DNA of 64,000 nucleotides from Candidatus Peregrinibacteria bacterium GW2011_GWA2_33_10 (GTDB taxonomy: Bacteria > Patescibacteriota > Gracilibacteria > UBA1369 > GWC2-33-13), in contig LBOO01000003.1 of the NCBI GenBank assembly GCA_000989565.1, positions 22,832 to 86,831 on the forward strand. Direction: 5' to 3'. Under the pieces are notes generated by a model. That model was not told where the DNA came from. It was given only the letters and a program-made list of their open reading frames with translations, and ran no database searches. Position 1 is the first letter of the stretch, and each line of letters opens with the position of its first letter. The position numbers and the translations under genes are program-made. Below, in pieces: positions 10,482-20,171 of the stretch.

Positions 10482-11759
10482 TTATTTTATCTTAATTGTA
10501 TCTCTTCCTCCCAGATATGGTCTTAATATTTCCGGGATTGTTATGGAATTGTCTTTGTTCTGATAGTTTTCGATGATGGCGATTAAGGTTCGTCCTACGG
10601 CGCAGGCGGTGCCGTTCAGGGTGTGCACAAAGACGTTTTGACCGTTTTTGTCTCGGAAGCGGATATTGGCGCGGCGGGCTTGATAATCGGTGCAGTTTGA
10701 GCAGCTGGTTAATTCTCGGAATTTGTTTTGAGTTGGGATCCAAGCTTCAATGTCATATTTTTTGGCTGCGGGAGCGCCTAAATCTCCGGAGCAGATGTTC
10801 ACGACTTGGTAATGAAATCCTAAGTCCTGCATGATTTCTTCTTCTATGCTTAAAATAAATTCGTGTTCTTTTTCGGAGTTTTCAGGATGGCAGAAACTGT
10901 ACATCTCAATTTTGTCGAATTGATGAACGCGTAAGATCCCCGAGGTGTCTTTACCATAACTTCCGGCTTCGCGGCGGAAACACGTGGAAAAACCGCAATA
11001 GTGCATTGGAAGGAGTTTTTCGTCTTCTATAATTGAATCTGCGTGAAGCATTGTTAATGGAACTTCTGATGTTCCGACCAAATAAAGTTGGTCTTCTTCA
11101 GGATTCACTTTGTAAATTTCGTTTTTATCCGCAGGAAAAAAACCTGTAGCCCACATTGCTTCTTCTTTGACCAAAACCGGAGGAATTACCGGTGTAAAGC
11201 CTTTGCTTACCAATTTGTTAATTATGTGTTGTACAAGTGCCAATTCTAGCAATACAGCTTCGTTTTTTAAATAATAAAACCTTGAGCCGGACATTTTAAC
11301 AGCTGTTTCAATGTCAATGATATTCAATTTTTTTCCGAGTTCCGCGTGATCCAATGGAGAAAAGTCGAATTCAGGTTTTGAACCGATAATTTTTAAAGGT
11401 TTATTTTCGCTATCATCCTTGCCCACTATTACGGAGGAGAGAGGAGGATTGGGGACGCGGCTTAACAAATCATTAAATTCTTCTTCTATTGTATTTAAAA
11501 TTGGCTGGAGCTCTTTTTCTTTTAGCCCGATTTCTTGCATTTTTTTGATGGCAGATTCTTTTTCAGTTCCTTTTAGAGAGGCAATTATTTCTGATGCTTT
11601 GTTTTTTTCGGATTTTATTTCTTCAATTTTTTGTATTGTTTCTCTGCGGCGTTTATCCAAATCCAAAATTTTATCTATTATTTCGGGGTTATGCTGTTTT
11701 TTTACCATGCCTTGTTTATAATGTTCGGGATTTTCGCGAATTAATTTTATGTCGATCAT
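10482..11759 (-). CDS. serS: Serine--tRNA ligase
   Basis: MIDIKLIRENP, GTSEVP, CFRREAG, RVHQFDK, HTLNGT. Confidence 0.99.
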   Translation of the reverse strand: MIDIKLIRENPEHYKQGMVKKQHNPEIIDKILDLDKRRRETIQKIEEIKSEKNKASEIIASLKGTEKESAIKKMQEIGLKEKELQPILNTIEEEFNDLLSRVPNPPLSSVIVGKDDSENKPLKIIGSKPEFDFSPLDHAELGKKLNIIDIETAVKMSGSRFYYLKNEAVLLELALVQHIINKLVSKGFTPVIPPVLVKEEAMWATGFFPADKNEIYKVNPEEDQLYLVGTSEVPLTMLHADSIIEDEKLLPMHYCGFSTCFRREAGSYGKDTSGILRVHQFDKIEMYSFCHPENSEKEHEFILSIEEEIMQDLGFHYQVVNICSGDLGAPAAKKYDIEAWIPTQNKFRELTSCSNCTDYQARRANIRFRDKNGQNVFVHTLNGTACAVGRTLIAIIENYQNKDNSITIPEILRPYLGGRDTIKIK

Positions 11760-11824
11760 AAAAGAAGATAAATTTTAAAATCGTGTTTATCTTAAGGGTA
11801 ATATTATTTGTTGTAAAGGATACC

Positions 11825-12217
11825 TTAAATATCAGATTCAACCACTTCAAATATTTGTTCTTTTTTGATTTCTTTGATACTTTTATGTTTTCTTTCTTTA
11901 TGGTTTATTTCTCCGCGTATTTTTTCTTTTTGCTTTTTTAGTTGAACAATTAATTTGTCGCTGAGAATGTCGAGAGGTTTGTTTATTTCATGAGAAGAAT
12001 CTTCTGCGTGCAATGTGCTGAAAGGTAAATCAAGTTGGACTTTTGCTGTATAACAGTTGTGTTTTTTGTGATATTCGAGAGTTAAATGGCAAATGCCGAT
12101 TTCCTGATCTTCGGAAGAGATAAATTTAGAAACTTTTTTTATTTTTTTTTCAAGGTATTTCTGTGCATTTTCTTTGTCCTTCTCTGTTAGATTTTTGAAA
12201 AAATAATTAAATTTCAT
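11825..12217 (-). CDS. hpf: Ribosome hibernation factor HPF/RaiA family
   Basis: YLEKKIKKVSKF...LHAEDSS...DKLIVQLKKQKEK pattern; 130 aa. Confidence 0.75.
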   Translation of the reverse strand: MKFNYFFKNLTEKDKENAQKYLEKKIKKVSKFISSEDQEIGICHLTLEYHKKHNCYTAKVQLDLPFSTLHAEDSSHEINKPLDILSDKLIVQLKKQKEKIRGEINHKERKHKSIKEIKKEQIFEVVESDI

Positions 12218-12277
12218 AAAAACCTTTGGTTACATTTTTTTACATGATAGGTCTCTTAATTTTTTAATGCAAGTTTT

Positions 12278-13549
12278 TTAACTTTCCAATTTTTTTTGTA
12301 GTATAATTAATTGTTTTTTTAATCTTTTAAATAAATTTAAATATCTTTTTTGACGTTCCAGCATCTCTAAAATTTCTTTGTGTTCAGCTTGTAGTCCTAT
12401 TAATCTTTCTCTTTCTATTTGCGCTTCTTCAGTATTTGCTTTTTTTAATCGGCCAATTTCAGTTGTTAAATTTGTCATTATTGTGATTTTTTGAGAAATT
12501 TTTTCCGGAACTTCAATATAAATATTTATTTTTTCTTGAATTATTTCCTTCCAGTAAATAATTAATAATTTTATTGTTTCTACTACGGTTTCTTGTAGAT
12601 TTTGGTCATTTACAGCTTCTATCAGCTGTAATTTTGTTTCTTCAAAAAGTTTTTTAATTTTTTCCAGTTCTTGTAGTCCAATTTCGGCTTCTGTTGGCTT
12701 AGAGGTCGCTATCATATCAATACTTTCTCTTATATTATTTGTATTTTTTTCTTCAGGTGATTTATAAGACGGTACAATATCCATAATTTGCGGAATTTCT
12801 GAATTATCTTTTTTTGTAATAAGATTTTTCGGTGATTCCGCTGTTTCAATTTCCTTAATTTTATCAAGATCTTTTTGATCTTTATTGCCTTGAATAAAAT
12901 CAATAATGTCTTGCAGCAATTTTTTTATTGATGAGATTTTGTTTTGATCTATATTCGTGGTATTAAGCTGATTGGAAATAAATTTAATTTTTGAGGAAAT
13001 TTCTTGTATTTGTTTTGGGATTTCTTCAGTTTGTTTTTCCGCATCTTGATTTTCCGAATATGAATTTCTAAGAAGAAATTTGATTTCGTTAATCATTTTA
13101 TGGAACGGGGGATAAATTTGTCTTTCAATACTTATATTTTTGATTTCAGAGGCAAATTGGCACTGGAAATTTAGTATTGTTTCCAGTTTTTGCTCGTATT
13201 CTATTGAATTTTGATTTTTCGATCCTTCAGTAATTTTTTTTTCGGACGATGAGGATGGTTTTTCAATAATTGAAGGTTTGCCTGATAAGCTTGCGAAAAT
13301 AGTGTCTAAAGTTATTTCTTGATCTGCTTTGTGTTGATTTTTGAATGTTCGAAATTTTTCAATTTCCTCTAAGAGAGGTGAGTTCTGTGGTTCTTCTTTT
13401 TGTATTTCGTCAGTTTTTAAACTTAGATCGGCAACTAAAGATTCGAATGTATTTTTGGATATTGGTGGAATGAATTTTAATTTTCCTTTTTTAGTTCGTT
13501 TCACTATTTTTGGGGCTTGATAACCTTTTTCGTCCTTTTCTTTAGTCAT
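12278..13549 (-). CDS. Hypothetical E/K/Q-rich, probably helical/coiled-coil protein
   Basis: 423-aa ORF filling the gap; no recognisable motif. Confidence 0.7.
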   Translation of the reverse strand: MTKEKDEKGYQAPKIVKRTKKGKLKFIPPISKNTFESLVADLSLKTDEIQKEEPQNSPLLEEIEKFRTFKNQHKADQEITLDTIFASLSGKPSIIEKPSSSSEKKITEGSKNQNSIEYEQKLETILNFQCQFASEIKNISIERQIYPPFHKMINEIKFLLRNSYSENQDAEKQTEEIPKQIQEISSKIKFISNQLNTTNIDQNKISSIKKLLQDIIDFIQGNKDQKDLDKIKEIETAESPKNLITKKDNSEIPQIMDIVPSYKSPEEKNTNNIRESIDMIATSKPTEAEIGLQELEKIKKLFEETKLQLIEAVNDQNLQETVVETIKLLIIYWKEIIQEKINIYIEVPEKISQKITIMTNLTTEIGRLKKANTEEAQIERERLIGLQAEHKEILEMLERQKRYLNLFKRLKKQLIILQKKLES

Positions 13550-13659
13550 AATAGAGATTGTAAAATTTTAGATTTTAAATTATAAAATGTTTTAAATAAA
13601 AATCAATAGTATTTTTTCTTTATTCCTATTAAATATAATTGTATTTTTAATTTTTTATT

Positions 13660-14307
13660 ATGAAATTTACAGTTTTAACTTTATTTCCGGATATGTTTAA
13701 GTCCTATTTGGGGGATTCGATTTTAAAAAGGGCTATTTTGAAGAAATTAATTAAAATTGAAATTTTGAATATTCGGGATTTTGCTAAAGATAAACATAAA
13801 CAAGTTGATGATACGCCATACGGGGGTGGTGCCGGAATGCTTCTTTCTTGTTCGCCGATTTTTGATGCTGTAGAACATGCGAAAAAAACCAATAACGGCA
13901 AAGTTATATTTTTTTCTCCTCACGGAAAGCTGTTGAATCAAGCAAAGGCACGAAAGTTAGCGAAAAAAGATGAAGATTTTATTTTGCTTTGCGGGAGATA
14001 TGAGGGGGTGGATCAAAGAGTTGTTGATGCTTTAGTTGATGAGGAAATCTCGATTGGAAATTATGTTTTGACAGGAGGCGAGCTTGCCGCGATGGTGTTT
14101 GTTGATGTTCTTTCCAGGCTAAAGCAGGGTGTTTTAGGGGATAAGGCATCTTTTGAGGAAGATTCTTTTTCTTTAAATTTAAACGGTAAAAAAGAATATC
14201 CGCAATATACGAAACCTGCTGTATTTAGAGGCATGAAGGTTCCGGAAGTGCTTCTTTCCGGTAATCATGCGGAAATTGAGAAATGGAAGAAGCGGAATTT
14301 GAAATAA
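13660..14307 (+). CDS. trmD: tRNA (guanine37-N1)-methyltransferase
   Basis: VDDTPYGGGAGM, LCGRYEGVDQR, YVLTGGE, VPEVLLSGNH. Confidence 0.99.
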   Translation: MKFTVLTLFPDMFKSYLGDSILKRAILKKLIKIEILNIRDFAKDKHKQVDDTPYGGGAGMLLSCSPIFDAVEHAKKTNNGKVIFFSPHGKLLNQAKARKLAKKDEDFILLCGRYEGVDQRVVDALVDEEISIGNYVLTGGELAAMVFVDVLSRLKQGVLGDKASFEEDSFSLNLNGKKEYPQYTKPAVFRGMKVPEVLLSGNHAEIEKWKKRNLK

Positions 14308-14413
14308 TTTTTATTGCAGATAATTTGATTATAATCTATTTTTAAATGCGTACTTATGTTCTCTAAAAAAGAATAATATAATTTAAAAGATTGAGCAGTA
14401 TATTTAATTTTTT

Positions 14414-15508
14414 ATGAATAAGAAGGCTTTTACTTTATTGGAAATAATTATCGTTTTAGGAATTTTAGGAATATTTTTAGGTGCGGGTACTTTTTTTTCT
14501 GCGGGATTTATAAGTAGAGAGTATTTGCGGACCGATACTGAAAATTTAATTTTTGTTTTGCGTGAAGCCAGAAGTAGGGCTCAAAGCGGATATGAAAATG
14601 ATTCGTGGTCAATAAAATTTTTATTGAGTGAGGGAAAATATGTTTTATTTAAAGGTAATGATTATGAAACTCGGGAAATAGCTTTTGATCGCGAGTATTT
14701 TTTGAATAAAACATTAAGTTTCAAGCAAATAGTTTTTGATGGGGGAGATGATATTATGACTTTTTTTAAAAATGATGGATATAGTAAAGAAAATGGAGAA
14801 ATAATTTTGCAAAATGTGAAAGGCGCGAGTGAAAGTGTGTTTGTCAATTATTTTGGGATTATTTCATTAGATCAGAGTAATCCGGCTTATACAGGCGAAA
14901 TTCCGATTATTCCGGATGATACGCTTGAAAAGCAGACGTATAATGTGTTTGTGCCGGTGCTGCAAGATACTTATATTGATAAGGGAGATGAGGATGTCAG
15001 TTTCGGTTCTGAAAACAATATATGGGTGCAATCAAGATTTGTTCTTTGGCATAAACGGGGACTTTTGCGTTTTGATCTAACTGCAATTCCAAATGATGCG
15101 CAAATTGTAAGCGCAAAATTGAAATTATATGTGGTGGATAAGAAAGGAAGCAGTAGGAGTTATGGGATTTATAAAATTATTCAAAATCCTGATCGAGATT
15201 GGATTGAAAATGAGGCTACGTGGTATAGATATAAAATCGGTCAATTATGGACCGGCGGAGGAGGGGATTATGTTGAAACACTTTCCAATACTTTTAATGT
15301 AAGTGCTTTTGATGGTACTCCTTTTTCGGTTCAGATTGATTTGACATCCGATATTGGCGATTTAATCAAAACTCCATTGGATAATTATGGCTGGTTAATA
15401 AAAGATATGGAAGAGGCTGCGACTTTTCAATATTATGTTCAATTCGCTTCCAAAGAACATTCGCAAACCGGTTATAGGCCGTCTTTGAATATCGTTTATG
15501 AATATTGA
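14414..15508 (+). CDS. Prepilin-type N-terminal protein with a C-terminal DNRLRE-like domain
   Basis: Class III signal KKA|FTLLE; C-terminal QDTYI...RGLLRFDL...IVSAKLKLY...ATW...NYGWLIK...RPSLNIVY. Confidence 0.8.
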   Translation: MNKKAFTLLEIIIVLGILGIFLGAGTFFSAGFISREYLRTDTENLIFVLREARSRAQSGYENDSWSIKFLLSEGKYVLFKGNDYETREIAFDREYFLNKTLSFKQIVFDGGDDIMTFFKNDGYSKENGEIILQNVKGASESVFVNYFGIISLDQSNPAYTGEIPIIPDDTLEKQTYNVFVPVLQDTYIDKGDEDVSFGSENNIWVQSRFVLWHKRGLLRFDLTAIPNDAQIVSAKLKLYVVDKKGSSRSYGIYKIIQNPDRDWIENEATWYRYKIGQLWTGGGGDYVETLSNTFNVSAFDGTPFSVQIDLTSDIGDLIKTPLDNYGWLIKDMEEAATFQYYVQFASKEHSQTGYRPSLNIVYEY

Positions 15509-15587
15509 GAGAGTGCTTCCTGAAGTGCCAGATGTGGCTTTTCTTTGGAAAAAAGGCCGCATATGGCACTTCAAGAAGCGCTCTCTC
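15507..15587. repeat. 81-bp imperfect palindrome between convergent genes (bidirectional terminator or MITE/REP-like)
   Basis: GAGAGAGTGCTTCCTGAAGTGCCAGATGTGGCTTTT pairs with AAAAGGCCGCATATGGCACTTCAAGAAGCGCTCTCTC; arms about 36 bp. Confidence 0.8.
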
Positions 15588-15604
15588 GTTTTTATTAAAT
15601 TTTT

Positions 15605-17548
15605 TTATTCTTTGTCTTTTTTCTCTTCATCAACTACTTCGCCTTCCACGATATCTTCATCTTTTTTTTCTTCTTTGTCTTTTTCGTAGACACGGACATT
15701 TTCGTCTTCCTGATTTTGACCGGTTCCTTGAGCTTGTTGGTACATTGCGGCTCCGATTTTTTGAATTTCTTGTGATAAATTTTCTGTTTCTTTTTTAATT
15801 TCTTCAGTATTCGCGTCCTTATTTTCCAATAGTTTTTTGAGAAAGTCGACTTTTTCCTGTACTTGGGTTTTTAAAGATGCATCAACTTTATCTCCCGCGT
15901 CGCGCAATGTTTTTTCCGTTTGATATATTAATGATTCTGCCTGATTTTTGGTTTCAATTTCTTGTTTTTTCTGTTTATCCTCTTCCGCGAATTTTTCAGC
16001 TTCTTTTTTCATGCGTTCGACTTCTTCATCACTCATTCCTGAACTTCCTGTAATAGTGATGTGTTGTTGCTTGCTTGTTGCTTTATCGGTAGCTTTTACA
16101 TTCAATATACCATTAGCGTCGATATCGAAAGTTACTTCGACTTGAGGTATACCGCGAGGTGCCGGAGGAATGCCGTCTAAAATAAATTTGCCTAATGATT
16201 TATTATAAGATGCCATTTCTCTTTCTCCTTGCAAAACGTGAATTTCTACTGAAGGTTGATTGTCCGCCGCTGTTGAGAAGGTTTGAGATTTTGAAGTTGG
16301 GATTGTGGTATTTCTTTCAATTAATTTTGTGAACACGCCGCCCAAGGTTTCAATTCCAAGTGATAAAGGGGTAACATCCAGAAGTAAAACATCTTTTACG
16401 TCTCCTTGCAGTACAGCTCCTTGAATCGCGGCTCCCATAGCCACTACTTCATCAGGATTAATTCCACGATGAGGTTCGCGACCAAAAATTTCTTTTACTT
16501 TTTCTTGAACCGCAGGGATTCTTGTACTTCCTCCAACTAAAATTACTTCATCAATATCCGAAGTGTAAATTTTTGCATCGTCCATTGCTTTGCGGCAAGG
16601 ACTTACGGTTTTTTCAATTAAATCAGCTATTAAATCTTCGAATTTGGCTCTGGTTAATTTGATATTTAAATGTTTTGAATTGCCGCCTGAATCAGCAGTT
16701 ATGAATGGTTCGTTGATTTCTGTTTCATGGCTGGAAGATAATTCAATTTTTGCTTTTTCAGCAGATTGTTTCAGTCTTTGTAAAGCCAATCTGTCTTTTG
16801 ATAAATCAATACCTTCTTCTTTTTTGAATTCACTGATAATCCAATGAATCAAAAATTCATCAATGTCATCGCCACCAAGCTGGGTATCTCCGTTTGTTGA
16901 AAGAACTTCAAATTGTTTTTCGCCTTCTACTGTCGCCAATTCCAATATTGAAACATCAAATGTGCCGCCTCCAAAATCGAAAACCGCAATTTTTTTGTCC
17001 TGGCCTTTTTTGTCCAGTCCATAAGCAAGTGCTGCAGCGGTTGGTTCATTAATAATTCTTTTTACTTCGAGTCCGGCGATTTTTCCTGCATCTTTTGTGG
17101 CTTGTCTTTGAGAATCATTGAAATAAGCAGGGACTGTAATTACCGCTTCTTTTACCTCGAAACCCAAATAGCTTTCAGCATCCGCCTTTAATTTTTGTAA
17201 AACCATGGCAGAAATTTCCGCGGGTCGATGCTGTTTATCTTGAATCATGATTTCCGCTTCGCCTTTTTTGCCTTTCGTTACTTTGAATGGCATTTTTTCA
17301 GCAATATTTTTTATTTCATCATAAGTTCGTCCAATAAGTCTTTTCGCGGAGTAAACAGTGTTTTCGTAATTGGTTATAGCTTGTCTTTTCGCGGGAATTC
17401 CGACTAAGCGTTCTTTTCCCTTGAAAGCTACAATCGAAGGAGTGGTGCGCGCTCCTTCAGAGCTGGGAATTATAACAGGTTCCGTACCTTCCATTACGGA
17501 AACTACTGAATTGGTTGTACCTAGATCAATACCTATAATTTTGCTCAT
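15605..17548 (-). CDS. dnaK: Molecular chaperone DnaK
   Basis: [37 protein letters not shown]. Confidence 0.99.
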   Translation of the reverse strand: MSKIIGIDLGTTNSVVSVMEGTEPVIIPSSEGARTTPSIVAFKGKERLVGIPAKRQAITNYENTVYSAKRLIGRTYDEIKNIAEKMPFKVTKGKKGEAEIMIQDKQHRPAEISAMVLQKLKADAESYLGFEVKEAVITVPAYFNDSQRQATKDAGKIAGLEVKRIINEPTAAALAYGLDKKGQDKKIAVFDFGGGTFDVSILELATVEGEKQFEVLSTNGDTQLGGDDIDEFLIHWIISEFKKEEGIDLSKDRLALQRLKQSAEKAKIELSSSHETEINEPFITADSGGNSKHLNIKLTRAKFEDLIADLIEKTVSPCRKAMDDAKIYTSDIDEVILVGGSTRIPAVQEKVKEIFGREPHRGINPDEVVAMGAAIQGAVLQGDVKDVLLLDVTPLSLGIETLGGVFTKLIERNTTIPTSKSQTFSTAADNQPSVEIHVLQGEREMASYNKSLGKFILDGIPPAPRGIPQVEVTFDIDANGILNVKATDKATSKQQHITITGSSGMSDEEVERMKKEAEKFAEEDKQKKQEIETKNQAESLIYQTEKTLRDAGDKVDASLKTQVQEKVDFLKKLLENKDANTEEIKKETENLSQEIQKIGAAMYQQAQGTGQNQEDENVRVYEKDKEEKKDEDIVEGEVVDEEKKDKE

Positions 17549-17579
17549 GAATAAAAGGTTAAGTTATTATAAATCAAAT

Positions 17580-17621
17580 TTGGCACTCATAATTATAGAG
17601 TGCCAATAGGTTTTTGGTCAA
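17580..17621 (-). promoter_or_regulatory. CIRCE (HrcA operator) overlapping a sigma70 promoter for dnaK
   Basis: TTGGCACTC-N9-GAGTGCCAA at 17580-17606; minus strand TTGACC (17621-17616), N18, TATAAT (17597-17592). Confidence 0.9.
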
Positions 17622-17635
17622 GAGTTTTTTTAATC

Positions 17636-18209
17636 TTATTTTCCGTTACCTACTTTTACTTTTGCCGGTCTTAGAATTTTGTCTCCAAGGGTGTAGCCTT
17701 TTTCAAATTCTTCTATTACTACATCTTTTTCTCCCGGACCTTCCATTAATGTTTCATGCAGGTTTGTATCCAAATGTTCGCCCAAAGCTTTTATTGGTTT
17801 TACTCCGGCTTTTTCGAGTGTCGTATATAGTCCTTTTTCTATATGAATTATTCCTTTGATAAAGTCAGTGTTTTTTAAATCTTCAGGAATATTTTTGAAC
17901 GCCCGTTCAAAATTGTCCAGAGTTGTAAGTATTTCAAGAATTAAATTAGCATTCGCATATTGCACAAAAACTTTTTTTTCTTCTTCTGAGCGTTTTTTAT
18001 AATTTTGTAAATCAGCAAGCGCTCTTTTGGAAGTTTCCGTTAACATGTCATTAAGTTTTTTTACTTCTTCGAGTTCTTGAAGGACTTTTTCCATCTCTTT
18101 GTTTCCAATTTCTTTTTTTTCTTGATTTTCTTTCTCTTCGGTTTCTTTTTGTACTTGCTTTAATTTTTCCAATAAAGGATCGTTTTGATTGGTGTTTTGA
18201 TCTGTCATT
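17636..18209 (-). CDS. grpE: Nucleotide exchange factor GrpE (ORF 17636-18208)
   Basis: RALADLQNYKKR, LDNFERA, KGYTLGDKILRPAKVKV. Confidence 0.97.
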
Positions 18210-18233
18210 ATTTGAAAAGTTTAAGTTATATAA

Positions 18234-18953
18234 TTATTCTTTCTCTTCCAATATGTTTTTTGATTCTTCCACCAAGGCGGAATTTAAAGGATAATCCATT
18301 CTTTTAGGTCCGAGAATGCCAATATATCCTTCGTACCCTTTAAGATTATATTTTGTTACTATGATGCTGCAGCTATTAATTTGAGGTATAATATTTTCTT
18401 CTCCGATAAATATTTTAACTTTGTAATCAATATCCGCATTTTTTAATGCTGACATGAAATTGGTTTCTTCTTCCAATATTTCGATTATTTGGCTGGCTTT
18501 ATAAGGTTGTTTTTGGAATTCGGGTTTTTTTAAAATATTGGAAATGCCGATATAAAACGTTCGGTTATTTTCCGGAATTGTGGCGAAGCAAATGTTATCT
18601 GTAGCTCTGGCCAATATAGAAACCATCTCAAATATTTTTTGTTTAATTTTTTCTTTTTGATATTCTTTTTTGATGTCATGAAAAAATTGTTTGGCAAGTA
18701 TTTTCGCATTTTCAAAATCCGCTAATTCCTCCAAATAAAATCTATATCCGAGTTCAGTTGGAATTCTACCCGCTGATGTGTGCGGTTGTACAATCAATCC
18801 ATCTTTTTCCAACTTTACCATTTCATTACGAATTGTCGCAGGGCTGAATTGAAGATGATAACTTATGATTAGAGATTTTGAACCAACCGGTTCGGCGGTT
18901 TCTATGAATTGTTCAATTATTGCTTGAAGTATTTTTTGTTTTCTATTATCCAT
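18234..18953 (-). CDS. hrcA: Heat-inducible transcription repressor HrcA (short form)
   Basis: EPVGSK, SPATIRNEM, QPHTSAGRIPT, GILGPKRMDY. Confidence 0.97.
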   Translation of the reverse strand: MDNRKQKILQAIIEQFIETAEPVGSKSLIISYHLQFSPATIRNEMVKLEKDGLIVQPHTSAGRIPTELGYRFYLEELADFENAKILAKQFFHDIKKEYQKEKIKQKIFEMVSILARATDNICFATIPENNRTFYIGISNILKKPEFQKQPYKASQIIEILEEETNFMSALKNADIDYKVKIFIGEENIIPQINSCSIIVTKYNLKGYEGYIGILGPKRMDYPLNSALVEESKNILEEKE

Positions 18954-18986
18954 TTTAAAAAGTCATTTTAAATTGCTGCAATTAGA

Positions 18987-19015
18987 ATTATATGTCTATT
19001 TGGCGTGTTTGACAA
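18987..19015 (-). promoter_or_regulatory. Putative sigma70 promoter for hrcA-grpE
   Basis: TTGTCA (19015-19010), N17, TATAAT (18992-18987). Confidence 0.6.
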
Positions 19016-19090
19016 CATTAGCGATGATAGTCACTCACTGAGGTTTAATGACAATCAGAAAGAGAGCAATTACTAATCGTTGCTGATAAC

Positions 19091-20104
19091 TTACAGTCTT
19101 TTTCCAATATATTCAGATAATTCAACCATTCTTGTGGAATAGGCCCATTCATTGTCGTACCATGATAGAACTTTTAGCATTTTTTCGCCGATCATACAGG
19201 TGCAAAGGCCATCTATTATTGAGGAATTCGGATTGTGTTTAAAGTCAATTGATACCAGTTCTTTATCGCAATATTCCAAAATTCCTTTCATTTTGTCTTC
19301 TGAAGCTTTTTTTAAAACTGCGTTAACTTCCTCCACGGTTGTTGATTTGTTTAATTCGCAAACCAAATCAACCAATGAAACTGTCGGAGTTGGTACACGT
19401 ACTGCCAATCCGTGCATTTTGCCTTTTAAATGAGGGAGTACTTCTCCTATTGCTTTTGCTGCTCCTGTTGATGTTGGTATCATCGATAAAGCCGCTGATC
19501 TTGCTCGGCGCAAGTCTTTATGTGATGAATCAAGTAATTGCTGGTCTCCGGTATAAGAATGAACTGTTGTCATTAATCCTTTTACAATACCAAAATTTTC
19601 ATCAATTATTTTGGCCAGAGGGGCTAGGCAATTAGTGGTACAGGAGGCGTTGGAAACTACATCATGTTTTGCGGGATCATAAGTTTCTTCATTGACTCCC
19701 ATAACTATGGTTTTTTCAACTCCGTTTTTTGCCGGTGCTGAAATAATTACTTTTTTTGCTCCTCCTTTTAAATGTCTGGCAGCACCTTCGTAATCACAGA
19801 AAAATCCGGTACATTCCAATACGATATCTACTCCGGCGTCTTTCCATGGAATTTCTTCAGGATTTCTGACAGTAAAATTTTTCACTTTTATGTCATTTAC
19901 TGAAAAATCATCTTCGCCAATAACTTTTACGTTGTCTTTAATTGTTCCATAAGCAGAATCATATTTGAGCAAATGCACCGCTGTTTCACAGGTTGATAAA
20001 TCGTTGATCGCAACGATGTCTATTAAATCCGAAACAAGATTGCTGCGAAAAATACAGCGTCCAATGCGGCCAAAGCCGTTGATGCCAACGCGTGGTTTTG
20101 ACAT
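19091..20104 (-). CDS. gap: Glyceraldehyde-3-phosphate dehydrogenase type I
   Basis: GINGFGRIGR, SNASCTTNCLAP, SWYDNE. Confidence 0.99.
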   Translation of the reverse strand: MSKPRVGINGFGRIGRCIFRSNLVSDLIDIVAINDLSTCETAVHLLKYDSAYGTIKDNVKVIGEDDFSVNDIKVKNFTVRNPEEIPWKDAGVDIVLECTGFFCDYEGAARHLKGGAKKVIISAPAKNGVEKTIVMGVNEETYDPAKHDVVSNASCTTNCLAPLAKIIDENFGIVKGLMTTVHSYTGDQQLLDSSHKDLRRARSAALSMIPTSTGAAKAIGEVLPHLKGKMHGLAVRVPTPTVSLVDLVCELNKSTTVEEVNAVLKKASEDKMKGILEYCDKELVSIDFKHNPNSSIIDGLCTCMIGEKMLKVLSWYDNEWAYSTRMVELSEYIGKRL

Positions 20105-20171
20105 AAGTTGAGGGGTTATTTTTTTGCTTATAAATGATACGAGGGGAGAATAAAAAATGCAAGTATATCAA

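Noticed and set aside
15498..15798. ORFs crossing the 81-bp palindrome, and CIRCE-like half-sites (GAGTGC, TGGCAC) within it
   Set aside because: The ORFs overlap the dnaK end and the hairpin; the half-sites lack the N9 spacing and lie downstream of dnaK.
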